Source of the DNA: an uncultured Petrimonas sp. | GTDB lineage: Bacteria > Bacteroidota > Bacteroidia > Bacteroidales > Dysgonomonadaceae | DNA length: 64,000 nt | Reading direction: 5' to 3' | Assembly: GCA_964557135.1 (NCBI GenBank) | Contig: CAZKZB010000008.1 | Location: forward strand, 14,779-78,778 | Notes under the pieces: generated by a model | What the model saw: the letters and a program-made list of their open reading frames with translations, nothing else | What the model was told of the DNA's origin: nothing | Database searches by the model: none | Part shown: positions 9,312-16,614 of the stretch, piece after piece | Layout: each line of letters opens with the position of its first letter | Numbering within the stretch: the stretch's first letter is position 1 | Position numbers and translations under genes: made by a program

Positions 9312-10055
9312 TCAATTTGATTTGTTCTCGTTCCAATAGTAACTGTCCGGATAAATTCTTGCGCCGAAAACAGCCGTTCCCACCCGCACAATGGTTGAGC
9401 CTTCCTCGATGGCTGTTTCTAAATCCCCGCTCATTCCCATCGATAGTTCGTTCATCTGCACGTTCGGAATTTCCCGACGAACGACCTCTTGCTGTATCTC
9501 TTTCAACAGTTTAAAGCATTTTCTCACCTTCTCGGTTTCGGCACTGAACAAGCCGATGGTCATCAATCCTTTGATGTGGATATTTTTAAACATGGAAACT
9601 TGCTCAATGAGTTCGATGGCATTTTGGGGACTGACTCCAAATTTACTTTCTTCGGCGGAAGTATTTACCTGGATAAGAACATCTATCTCTTTTTTCTCAA
9701 AAGTGAGTCTGTTTTGCAATTTTTCCGCCAAACTTAACCGGTCGACAGACTGAATACAGGATACGCCGTACTTGAGGATATCCTTTATTTTATTGGTTTG
9801 CAGGTGTCCGATAAAATGTTTTTGGTGGGGATAGATTGCCAAATCGTTGAATTTCGAAAGAATTTCCTGTACCTTATTTTCGCCAATGAGTGTTTGTCCC
9901 GCATCAAAAGCCGATTTTATTCGGTCGGCAGAGACCGTTTTGGTTGCCAGCAGCAACTTCACGTCGCGGGGATTTCTGCGGCAACTTTCGCAGGTCCTTT
10001 CAATCCGCCGGAGTATGTCGGCAATGTTGCTTGCTATGTCGTTCTTGTTGTCCAT
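9312..10055 (-). CDS. yggS: YggS-family pyridoxal-phosphate homeostasis protein
   Basis: Alanine-racemase N-terminal-like fold with the PLP-lysine context LLLATKTVSADRI and HFIGHLQTNK. Start moved to ATG 10055, because the longer ORF to 10175 would overlap the upstream hydro-lyase gene. Confidence 0.8.
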   Translation of the reverse strand: MDNKNDIASNIADILRRIERTCESCRRNPRDVKLLLATKTVSADRIKSAFDAGQTLIGENKVQEILSKFNDLAIYPHQKHFIGHLQTNKIKDILKYGVSCIQSVDRLSLAEKLQNRLTFEKKEIDVLIQVNTSAEESKFGVSPQNAIELIEQVSMFKNIHIKGLMTIGLFSAETEKVRKCFKLLKEIQQEVVRREIPNVQMNELSMGMSGDLETAIEEGSTIVRVGTAVFGARIYPDSYYWNENKSN

Positions 10056-10092
10056 CGGCAGAAAAGGCTCTTCAAAATCATCGTTATTACCG

Positions 10093-10710
10093 CTACTTTT
10101 TGCCGTACTCTTCTCTTCCCATTGTGTACATATCGTTACCTTCGCAATCCACGGCAACCACCACGGGAAGTTCATTAACGGTCAGTTTCCTGATGGCTTC
10201 GGTTCCCAACTCTTCAAAAGCGATTATCTCGGCACTCTCCACGCACTTTGCCATCAACGCGGCAGCTCCGCCAATGGCGGCAAAATAAACGCCGGTATGC
10301 TCTTTCATGGCGTTAATAACCTCGGCGCTGCGGGTTCCTTTACCAATCATCACTTTCAATCCTTTCGTGATGAGCGTGGGGGAATAAGCATCCATGCGTC
10401 CGCCGGTGGTAGGTCCTACCGAACCGATGGGTCTGCCCGGTTTTGCCGGCGCCGGACCGGCATAATAAACTGCCTGCCCTTCGAAATCGAAAGGCATGGG
10501 TTCGCCGCGCTCAATCATCTCGCACAGGCGTTTGTGCGCCGCGTCGCGAGCGGTATAAACCGTTCCCGAAATATAAACCATATCGCCCGCTTTGAGTGTG
10601 CGGATGGTTTCGTCGGTAAACGGAGCTTGCAATATTCTTTTAACCCCTATATCCCCTGAAGGGGACTTTGTCGGCTGTGAATTATCTGTGTTTGTGTTTT
10701 TGTGTTGCAT
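10093..10710 (-). CDS. Fe-S hydro-lyase beta subunit (class I fumarase / tartrate dehydratase C-terminal type); candidate mesaconase small subunit
   Basis: 205-aa ORF with LKAGDMVYISGTVYTARDAAHKRL and GPTTGGRMD, typical of the FumA C-terminal/TtdB family. The first ~26 codons are a repeat-derived leader, so the true start may be TTG 10632. Confidence 0.8.
   Translation of the reverse strand: MQHKNTNTDNSQPTKSPSGDIGVKRILQAPFTDETIRTLKAGDMVYISGTVYTARDAAHKRLCEMIERGEPMPFDFEGQAVYYAGPAPAKPGRPIGSVGPTTGGRMDAYSPTLITKGLKVMIGKGTRSAEVINAMKEHTGVYFAAIGGAAALMAKCVESAEIIAFEELGTEAIRKLTVNELPVVVAVDCEGNDMYTMGREEYGKK
10642..10674 (+). repeat. Palindromic repeat copy 1 (AACCCCTATATCCCCTGAAGGGGACTTTGTCGG)
   Basis: Contains the hairpin TCCCC-TGAA-GGGGA. 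It is near-identical to the copies at 14615 and (inverted) 15234. Confidence 0.85.
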
Positions 10711-10733
10711 GATTTTTTGTTTTGTTTATGAAC

Positions 10734-10810
10734 GCGTCAGGCGGGTAATCCGCCGGACGCAGCGCCACATGCGTCTTTGCGGAATTTATATGAGACGCAT
10801 GCAATGCGTC
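10734..10810. repeat. Cluster of alternating GCGTC/GACGC words forming mutually exclusive hairpins
   Basis: Hairpins are GCGTC-a-GGCGG-gtaat-CCGCC-g-GACGC, CATGCGTCT-N16-AGACGCATG and GACGCAT-gca-ATGCGTC. They lie in the spacer between the hydro-lyase alpha and beta genes. Confidence 0.65.
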
Positions 10811-10817
10811 TCTACAA

Positions 10818-11660
10818 TTACAGGCTGCCTTCTGCGTGTCTTGTCGCGTGGCAGCCGATATTTACCGATACAGGCAATCCCGCGATATGCGTAGCGTTAG
10901 TGAAAACATGTACCGCCAGTGCCGTAGTTGTTCCGCCAAAACCGGCCGGGCCTATTCCCAGCTTGTTTATTTCAGCAAGCAGTTCAGCCTCTAAGTCAAC
11001 GAGTAACGGATTTTCGTTTATCGACCCCACTTCACGCAACAGCGCCTTTTTACTCAAATAAGCGGCGCGTTCCATGGTTCCGCCAATGCCCACACCCACA
11101 ATGATGGGCGGACATGGATTGCCGCCCGCCGCAGAAATGGTGTCGAGCACAAAACGTTTTACGCCTTCAACGCCTTCGCTGGGCGTAAGCATTTTGAGCG
11201 CACTTTTGTTTTCGCTGCCAAAACCTTTGGGCGAAACGGTAATGTGAAAGTCATCACCTGACGTGAGTTCGTAATGAATTACGGCAGGGGTATTGTCTCC
11301 GGTATTCACCCGATCCAACGGATCGCGAACAACCGATTTGCGCAAATATCCTTCCTTATATCCCCGGCGAACCCCTTCGTTGATGGCATCTTCTATAAAT
11401 CCGCCTTCAATTTGTACGTTCTGCCCCATTCGAACAAAAACAACGGTCATGCCCGTGTCTTGACACATCGGGCTGCGTTCTTCGCGGGCAATTCGCGCGT
11501 TTTCGATAAGCGTACCCAGAATCTGCTTGCCCAACGGCGATTTTTCGGTCTGCAACGCGCTTTTAAATTTATTGTTAATATCGTCGGTAATCACGCAGCA
11601 GGCTTCAATGCAAAGACGCTCTACCAGCGCAGTTATATCCGCAGTTTTAATTGTCTTCAT
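10818..11660 (-). CDS. Fe-S hydro-lyase alpha subunit (class I fumarase / tartrate dehydratase N-terminal type); candidate mesaconase large subunit
   Basis: 280-aa ORF with [11 protein letters not shown] and GVGIGGT motifs of the Fe-S hydro-lyase catalytic domain. Its start overlaps the upstream P-loop gene by 14 nt. Confidence 0.85.
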   Translation of the reverse strand: MKTIKTADITALVERLCIEACCVITDDINNKFKSALQTEKSPLGKQILGTLIENARIAREERSPMCQDTGMTVVFVRMGQNVQIEGGFIEDAINEGVRRGYKEGYLRKSVVRDPLDRVNTGDNTPAVIHYELTSGDDFHITVSPKGFGSENKSALKMLTPSEGVEGVKRFVLDTISAAGGNPCPPIIVGVGIGGTMERAAYLSKKALLREVGSINENPLLVDLEAELLAEINKLGIGPAGFGGTTTALAVHVFTNATHIAGLPVSVNIGCHATRHAEGSL

Positions 11661-12609
11661 TTATACATTTTCGGGTTAAGAAATAACGGGTATTTCTATT
11701 TTCTAAATCATCTGAATCACCTGAATAACTATCCACCAATCCAATCAAGCAATAGGTATTGGTTACCGGGTCATGAACAAATCGTTTTACAAGCGAAAAG
11801 TTTTTGATTTCCGAAGTGTTATTCACATGAAAACGCGAACCATCGCATGTCATAACTTCATCGCCAAGTTTAATATGGTCTTCATCGTAATACGATATAT
11901 CCAGATTTTGTGCAATTTTCTCATCGATTAGTTTGGCAAGATGCTCTAAATCCATTTCCGGTTTTTTGTAAAACTTTATTACAAACCCGTTTCTGATATC
12001 GGAAAAGTAATATTCTTCGTGTTTGATGTCGAATACTTCGTGAAGAATGGATGTGGCAACCTCTTCGGCCGAGTGCGCCATTTTCCGAAATCTAAGCGAC
12101 TCATGTACAATCTGATAAACACTTTCAGGATGCGGTCCGAATATACTGGGGCGCACCACGATGATTTCCTCGCCAATGCCTACGATGATATCCGCATTAC
12201 GTCCCAACATGGGGTAGAGCAGATTGAAATGCTCAATGACCACACGCCGATTGCGCTCCAAGAGAGAGTTAACGTAATCCACAATTTCATACATCTGTGT
12301 GAACGCCATCTGGAAGCGGATATCGATATGAAACGTTGTGGCATCGTCGACTTCGGTGAGCGAATGGCGCACCTGCATTATTTTGCGTGGGTTCACAATA
12401 TCATCGTCGTTGGAGAGTTGCAACCCCGGAAACATGCCCTTGATGAGCGATGATTTTCCGGCTCCCGCATCGCCTACAATACCGATAAGCCTGTCCGAAA
12501 AATTGATGTGCCGATGCGAAATTTGCTCGCCGAGAAACATCAGCCGCTCTTTGCCGCGCGGGGCAAAGTATTGCGACGAAACCATGTATTCCTGTATGAA
12601 ATTACGCAT
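11647..12609 (-). CDS. P-loop NTPase of unknown function
   Basis: 320-aa ORF with a Walker A-like GIVGDAGAGKSSLIKG. I recognise no other family. It is translationally coupled (14-nt overlap) to the hydro-lyase alpha gene. Confidence 0.55.
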   Translation of the reverse strand: MRNFIQEYMVSSQYFAPRGKERLMFLGEQISHRHINFSDRLIGIVGDAGAGKSSLIKGMFPGLQLSNDDDIVNPRKIMQVRHSLTEVDDATTFHIDIRFQMAFTQMYEIVDYVNSLLERNRRVVIEHFNLLYPMLGRNADIIVGIGEEIIVVRPSIFGPHPESVYQIVHESLRFRKMAHSAEEVATSILHEVFDIKHEEYYFSDIRNGFVIKFYKKPEMDLEHLAKLIDEKIAQNLDISYYDEDHIKLGDEVMTCDGSRFHVNNTSEIKNFSLVKRFVHDPVTNTYCLIGLVDSYSGDSDDLENRNTRYFLTRKCINEDN

Positions 12610-12769
12610 AAGAATTTACGATTTACGATTTTAGAATTCGGATCCGCCGGCGGGCGGACAAGTTTTTGGATTTTACCGCTAAATCCACTGATATAAACTT
12701 TGTTGAGATAGAGCTATGCCGATAGACTAACTATGTGATCAGCAAGCTATTACTGCTCGTGATAACATT

Positions 12770-12837
12770 TATCGCACGAAGTACATATCACGCGAAGCGT
12801 CTATCGCAACGAAGTTGCTTATCGCGCTTAGCGCTTA
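12770..12837. repeat. Four tandem 16-18-nt units starting TATC(G/A)C...
   Basis: The units are TATCGCACGAAGTACA, TATCACGCGAAGCGTC, TATCGCAACGAAGTTGCT and TATCGCGCTTAGCGCT. The array abuts the DUF4387-like stop codon. Confidence 0.7.
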
Positions 12838-13152
12838 TAATTCAAACGTCAACCCCATCAACGGTGCGTGTTGTTGTGCGCCGTACACATCGGTTTCGCC
12901 CAACGCTCCCGAAGGAATGGGACGCACAATGGTGGTTTTTATCGCCTTTGCCGGGTCGAAATGCACCACGCCGATAATATCGGATTCGGGAATATTATAC
13001 AGCGAGGCGAACATTTTTTCGTTGAATATTTTTGCCGCTTTCACTTTTTCATATATCTCGAAATCCTTGAAAATTACGTCAAATGTCAGTTCGTAAGGAC
13101 CTGAATTTTTGCTTCGTATTACCGATGCAATGTCTGTTAGATTGTATTTCAT
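12835..13152 (-). CDS. DUF4387-like small protein
   Basis: 105-aa ORF. The N-terminal IRSKNSGPYELTFDVIF pattern and its pairing with an upstream DUF1446-like gene match the DUF1446/DUF4387 pair as I remember it. Confidence 0.55.
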   Translation of the reverse strand: MKYNLTDIASVIRSKNSGPYELTFDVIFKDFEIYEKVKAAKIFNEKMFASLYNIPESDIIGVVHFDPAKAIKTTIVRPIPSGALGETDVYGAQQHAPLMGLTFEL

Positions 13153-13167
13153 AACTTTATTATTGTT

Positions 13168-13251
13168 ATTCGGTTGTAATTCAGTTGATATTCAATTGTA
13201 TTGTTGAACTGTTCAACGCCACGACTAATATCCGTTGAATTACAACCGAAT
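13168..13251. repeat. 16-bp perfect inverted repeat (ATTCGGTTGTAATTCA / TGAATTACAACCGAAT) enclosing a second palindrome GTTGAAC-T-GTTCAAC
   Basis: Read directly. It fills most of the 106-nt spacer between the DUF1446-like and DUF4387-like genes. Confidence 0.8.
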
Positions 13252-13258
13252 TACGTTC

Positions 13259-14683
13259 TTAATTAAATTCAATATACTCAATCGGAAACAATTCTACGGG
13301 ATTGTCCACTTTCATCAAATGATACACGTTGAACTCAAACACTTCGCCCATCTTGGCATCGCTCGGCGAGAACGGAAACGCCAGGTTGCCGGCGGTGGCA
13401 ATGCGTCCTTCGTAACCGAAGTGCAGCATGGTGCTGCGGGCAAATCCGCAAATGGTGTTGGCTTGCTCCTGCGTATCGGCAACGGCTTCGATGATGATAA
13501 GCAGCTCGTCGCCATGTGATTCCTGCGCGCCGTCGAACATCGCCATTACGCCGTTTTTACCGTAGATTTTAAAATCGAGGAAAAAGTCTTTGATACCGTA
13601 ATTCTCGAAATTGTTTTTCACGCGGTCTTTTACGCTTTCGGTAATGCTGTCGATTTTCGAAATCATAATCGGGTCTTTCACGCCTGCGCACGAAATGGTG
13701 CGGTATCCCACTTTGCGAACACCTTCCAGCTTCACAAAATAATCGTCGGTAGGAACAAATTTTGTTCCCGATACTTTCACTTTGTTGTCATCTATTTGCG
13801 TAAACGTGCAGTTGTGCAGGTCGAGTACTCCTCCCGGTCCGGGCAGGATGTAGGGATTGGTTTTTTCATACAGCGTGTGCGCGGCAACCGACAGTGTGGT
13901 GCATTTGCGCAGCGGCGAAAGCGGTTCGAGAATGAAACCGTCTTCTTGCAAGTAGCCGAACATGCTGTCGCTACCGCTTCCGGGCAACGCGGCAATGGCG
14001 GCGCATTCCAAAATTTTCCCCATGTGAAGGGCAAGCGCTTTGTCGAAACCGTTTTTGATGGCGAGCGCCGCGAAAACCGACGGGTCGTAAGAGCGTCCGG
14101 CAAGAATTACCTGCGCGCCCTCTTCCAGCGCTTTTATGTAGGGTTCTTCGCCAATTTGCGCCACAATGTGTACCGATTCGTCCACATCTTTTTCCGAAAT
14201 CTCTTTCGCGGGAAACAGCGGTGTTACGTTGCCGTCGCGCAATTTCGATTTCACAAGCTCTTTATCGAGTTCCGATTGAATGACCGCCATCTTAAACGAC
14301 AGTTTGTTTTCACTCGCAATTTCTTTCACAATATCCAGCGTGAGCGCCACATGCGGACGCGCGCCGCTTCCGCCTGCCGTGCCGATGATAACCGGAATTC
14401 CGGCTTCCAAAGCGGCGGGAATCATAATTTCGAGGTCGCGTTTTACCGAGTTTCTATCGGTAAACGATACGCCGGAGCCCAAATAATAGGGTCCGGGGTC
14501 GGTTGAACCGGCATCAACCGCGATAACGTGCGGCTTTCTTTTCATCCCTTCAACAAACGATTCCATCGGAAATCCGTATCCGAGAATGGCAGTTGGGGAA
14601 AGTACTCTTAGTTCGACCCCTAAATCCCCTGAAGGGGACTTTGTGGGTTCTAAATTATTTATGTTTAGTTCGTTCTCTTTCAT
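13259..14683 (-). CDS. DUF1446 / AtuA-like protein of unknown function
   Basis: 474-aa ORF. LRVLSPTAILGYGFP...VIAVDAGSTDPGPYYLGSG resembles the acyclic terpene utilisation AtuA (DUF1446) family. The first ~24 codons are the repeat-derived leader module. Confidence 0.6.
   Translation of the reverse strand: MKENELNINNLEPTKSPSGDLGVELRVLSPTAILGYGFPMESFVEGMKRKPHVIAVDAGSTDPGPYYLGSGVSFTDRNSVKRDLEIMIPAALEAGIPVIIGTAGGSGARPHVALTLDIVKEIASENKLSFKMAVIQSELDKELVKSKLRDGNVTPLFPAKEISEKDVDESVHIVAQIGEEPYIKALEEGAQVILAGRSYDPSVFAALAIKNGFDKALALHMGKILECAAIAALPGSGSDSMFGYLQEDGFILEPLSPLRKCTTLSVAAHTLYEKTNPYILPGPGGVLDLHNCTFTQIDDNKVKVSGTKFVPTDDYFVKLEGVRKVGYRTISCAGVKDPIMISKIDSITESVKDRVKNNFENYGIKDFFLDFKIYGKNGVMAMFDGAQESHGDELLIIIEAVADTQEQANTICGFARSTMLHFGYEGRIATAGNLAFPFSPSDAKMGEVFEFNVYHLMKVDNPVELFPIEYIEFN
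14615..14647 (+). repeat. Palindromic repeat copy 2 (GACCCCTAAATCCCCTGAAGGGGACTTTGTGGG)
   Basis: Direct sequence comparison with the copies at 10642 and 15234. Confidence 0.85.
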
Positions 14684-14722
14684 ATTTTTCTTCTATTATT
14701 ATATGATTTTCTTAATAAACCA

Positions 14723-14732
14723 CTGTTCCCAA
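14723..14732. repeat. 10-bp direct repeat CTGTTCCCAA (right partner at 15234-15243)
   Basis: An exact 10-mer occurs 7 nt beyond the DUF559 stop and again 38 nt before its ORF start. Confidence 0.8.
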
Positions 14733-14739
14733 AATTCTT

Positions 14740-15195
14740 TCAGGGCGTTGGGAGCGGAGCGCGTATTCTACTTTTTACCTCTTCCGTTATTTCTTCAATA
14801 ACTTTTTCCGTATCCGAGAATACACGTTCATTTGTAAATCGCAATACTTTTAAACCAAACTTTTCCAAGTCGGAATCCCTATTTGAGTCGTACTCATATT
14901 GTTCCGGAACTTTATGGTATCCGCCATCCACTTCTATTATTAATTTTGCTTGATGACAATAAAAGTCTGCCACAAAATAAAAGATGGGATGTTGCCGTTT
15001 AAACCGAACATTTAATATCTTATTTCCTCTGAGATAATTCCACAAATGACTTTCCGCTTCTGTTTGATTATTCCTTAACTTCTTTGCAAATTCAAATAAA
15101 ATAGGAATCGCACCGTAAAACATATTGGTTCCCCCTAAATCTACACGAGACTTTGCGCGGGTTGAACTGTTTATGTTAGGCGCATTATCTATCAT
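14740..15195 (-). CDS. DUF559 endonuclease-domain protein (Vsr/restriction-endonuclease-like fold)
   Basis: 151-aa ORF. AESHLWNYLRG...FKRQHPIFYFVADFYCHQAKLIIEVDGGYH...RDSDLEKFGLKVLRF is the typical DUF559 core. An alternative start is ATG 15123. Confidence 0.75.
   Translation of the reverse strand: MIDNAPNINSSTRAKSRVDLGGTNMFYGAIPILFEFAKKLRNNQTEAESHLWNYLRGNKILNVRFKRQHPIFYFVADFYCHQAKLIIEVDGGYHKVPEQYEYDSNRDSDLEKFGLKVLRFTNERVFSDTEKVIEEITEEVKSRIRAPLPTP
15129..15163 (+). repeat. Degenerate fourth copy of the palindromic repeat (hairpin lost)
   Basis: It shares CCCCTAAATC, ACTTTG and GGGTT in the same order with copy 2. It lies in the 5' extension of the DUF559 ORF. Confidence 0.5.
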
Positions 15196-15233
15196 ATTTC
15201 TTTTGTTGCTTACGACTTCATCCTAATTAGCCG

Positions 15234-15268
15234 CTGTTCCCAAGTCCCCTTTAGGGGATTTAGGGGTT
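15234..15268 (-). repeat. Palindromic repeat copy 3, inverted orientation (AACCCCTAAATCCCCTAAAGGGGACTTGGGAACAG on the minus strand)
   Basis: It is the reverse complement of copies 1 and 2. It supplies the last two codons and the TAA stop of mal, and its outer end is the 10-bp direct repeat. Confidence 0.85.
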
Positions 15269-16498
15269 TATAGCCAATATCCTGCTCATTTCGTTATACA
15301 CAATCATATACCCTTCGTCAACGCCCATGCCGGGTTTGGCGAGATACTGAACGGGAGAAGTTGCCATGGCTATGTGCGCACAAACTTCGGCAGAGCGATT
15401 GGTTTCGTTGCAGGTTCCGCCCAGATAGGCGCCCATGTCGTGCTGTTGGCAATAAAGAACCGCTTCGATGCTGTTATTGATTCCGCCCAAATCGGGAGTT
15501 TTAATTTGTGCCATGTGTCCGGCTTTGTGTTCCGAAAAGTCGATAACATCTTGCAGCGTGTTACACCATTCGTCGGCAACAATTTCGGAGGTAATGCCTT
15601 TCTCTTCCATCTTTTGGCGGATGGTGCGAAGCGCTTCAATTTGAGCCGTTTTTTCGCCCATGTCCACCGGACCTTCCACGCGCAGGTGGAACGGTTTTGC
15701 CACTTCGGCAAGTTCGCCGATATAGGTGGCGATGGCTTCGAAATTGTCGTTGAAAACAATGCCGAGCGTTCCGTACACGTCGATGTGGATGGTGGGTTTA
15801 TACGCCTCAAACGGTTTCAGTTTGATGATGCGGTCGCGCAGCCATGCTAAGTACTCTTTTATTTTTTCACCTTTCAGTCCCACTTTGGTTTCCACGTGGT
15901 TGAAGAGCGCATGCGGAAGCACATCGGCGCCTTTCATAATCATTTTGTCGGCGTTGAGGTAGCGGTCGTCGCCCGATTGCGAGAAAATGGGGATGATGCG
16001 GTCGGAAACCGTTGTCCCGTATTCTTCGGCAATTACTTGCGCCATCAGTTTACCTTGGCTTTTGGCAACAGCATCGAGACACGCTTGCGTAACTCCGTAG
16101 CGAATGGCGGTGTGGTAGATTTTCCCGGTCTCGGGATTAACGCCCTTGTCAACAAGATCGGCCATTTCGCGGAAAGTTGTTATTTCGCGTCCTACATATA
16201 ATGGAGCGATATGCTTTTCAATTATCGGGATGAAGTTTTCTGCTAAAAACAAAGGGTCACGTCCACCCGCACCCGAGTATTGAACGGCAGCGCAATCGCC
16301 GTGCGCAAACGCGCCGTTTTCGAGAACGAAAATAACCGAAATGGATTCTCCAGCCTGTCTAACGGCGGTGAAACCGGGTGTTACGGGATCTCCTTCGTAA
16401 AATGCGCCATCGTTTTTGGCGTCTTGTTTAATGGCTTTTTGATCGTCGAAGTAAAAGCCGGTTTTTCCTGCTGAGCAGATGATTTTTGTAATTTTCAT
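15260..16498 (-). CDS. mal: 3-methylaspartate ammonia-lyase
   Basis: 412-aa ORF. The N-terminus MKITKIICSAGKTGFYFDDQKAIK and the enolase-superfamily core match methylaspartase. The stop codon lies inside a palindromic repeat. Confidence 0.9.
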   Translation of the reverse strand: MKITKIICSAGKTGFYFDDQKAIKQDAKNDGAFYEGDPVTPGFTAVRQAGESISVIFVLENGAFAHGDCAAVQYSGAGGRDPLFLAENFIPIIEKHIAPLYVGREITTFREMADLVDKGVNPETGKIYHTAIRYGVTQACLDAVAKSQGKLMAQVIAEEYGTTVSDRIIPIFSQSGDDRYLNADKMIMKGADVLPHALFNHVETKVGLKGEKIKEYLAWLRDRIIKLKPFEAYKPTIHIDVYGTLGIVFNDNFEAIATYIGELAEVAKPFHLRVEGPVDMGEKTAQIEALRTIRQKMEEKGITSEIVADEWCNTLQDVIDFSEHKAGHMAQIKTPDLGGINNSIEAVLYCQQHDMGAYLGGTCNETNRSAEVCAHIAMATSPVQYLAKPGMGVDEGYMIVYNEMSRILAINP

Positions 16499-16614
16499 AT
16501 TTTTTTAGACTAATAGATTTTAGACAATAGACTTTCAGACTATTAAGTATGGGTGTGGATTTTGCGAACCGCTGAAATTAACCGCGGCATAAATCCCAAA
16601 TCCGAAATCGTAAA

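Larger units (their letters stand above)
14733..15233 (-). mobile_element. Candidate DUF559 mini-cassette inserted between mal and the DUF1446-like gene
   Basis: A ~500-bp segment holding only the DUF559 ORF and its leader. It is bracketed by the exact 10-bp direct repeat and lies between inverted palindromic repeat copies. Confidence 0.35.

Noticed and set aside
10056-10175. N-terminal 40-codon extension of the yggS ORF
   Set aside because: It would overlap the upstream hydro-lyase beta gene, and its sequence is non-homologous and Trp-rich. An internal ATG at 10055 gives a normal-length YggS.
9847-10659. 270-aa plus-strand ORF (and 13796-14506, 236 aa; 15374-15850, 158 aa)
   Set aside because: All three are antisense shadows of the yggS/hydro-lyase, DUF1446-like and mal genes. 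Their products are Arg/Gly/Phe-rich with no recognisable motifs.
10642-15268. CRISPR array, as an explanation for the palindromic repeats
   Set aside because: There are only 3-4 copies, kilobases apart and in mixed orientation. They overlap coding starts and stops, and there is no regular repeat-spacer periodicity or cas gene.
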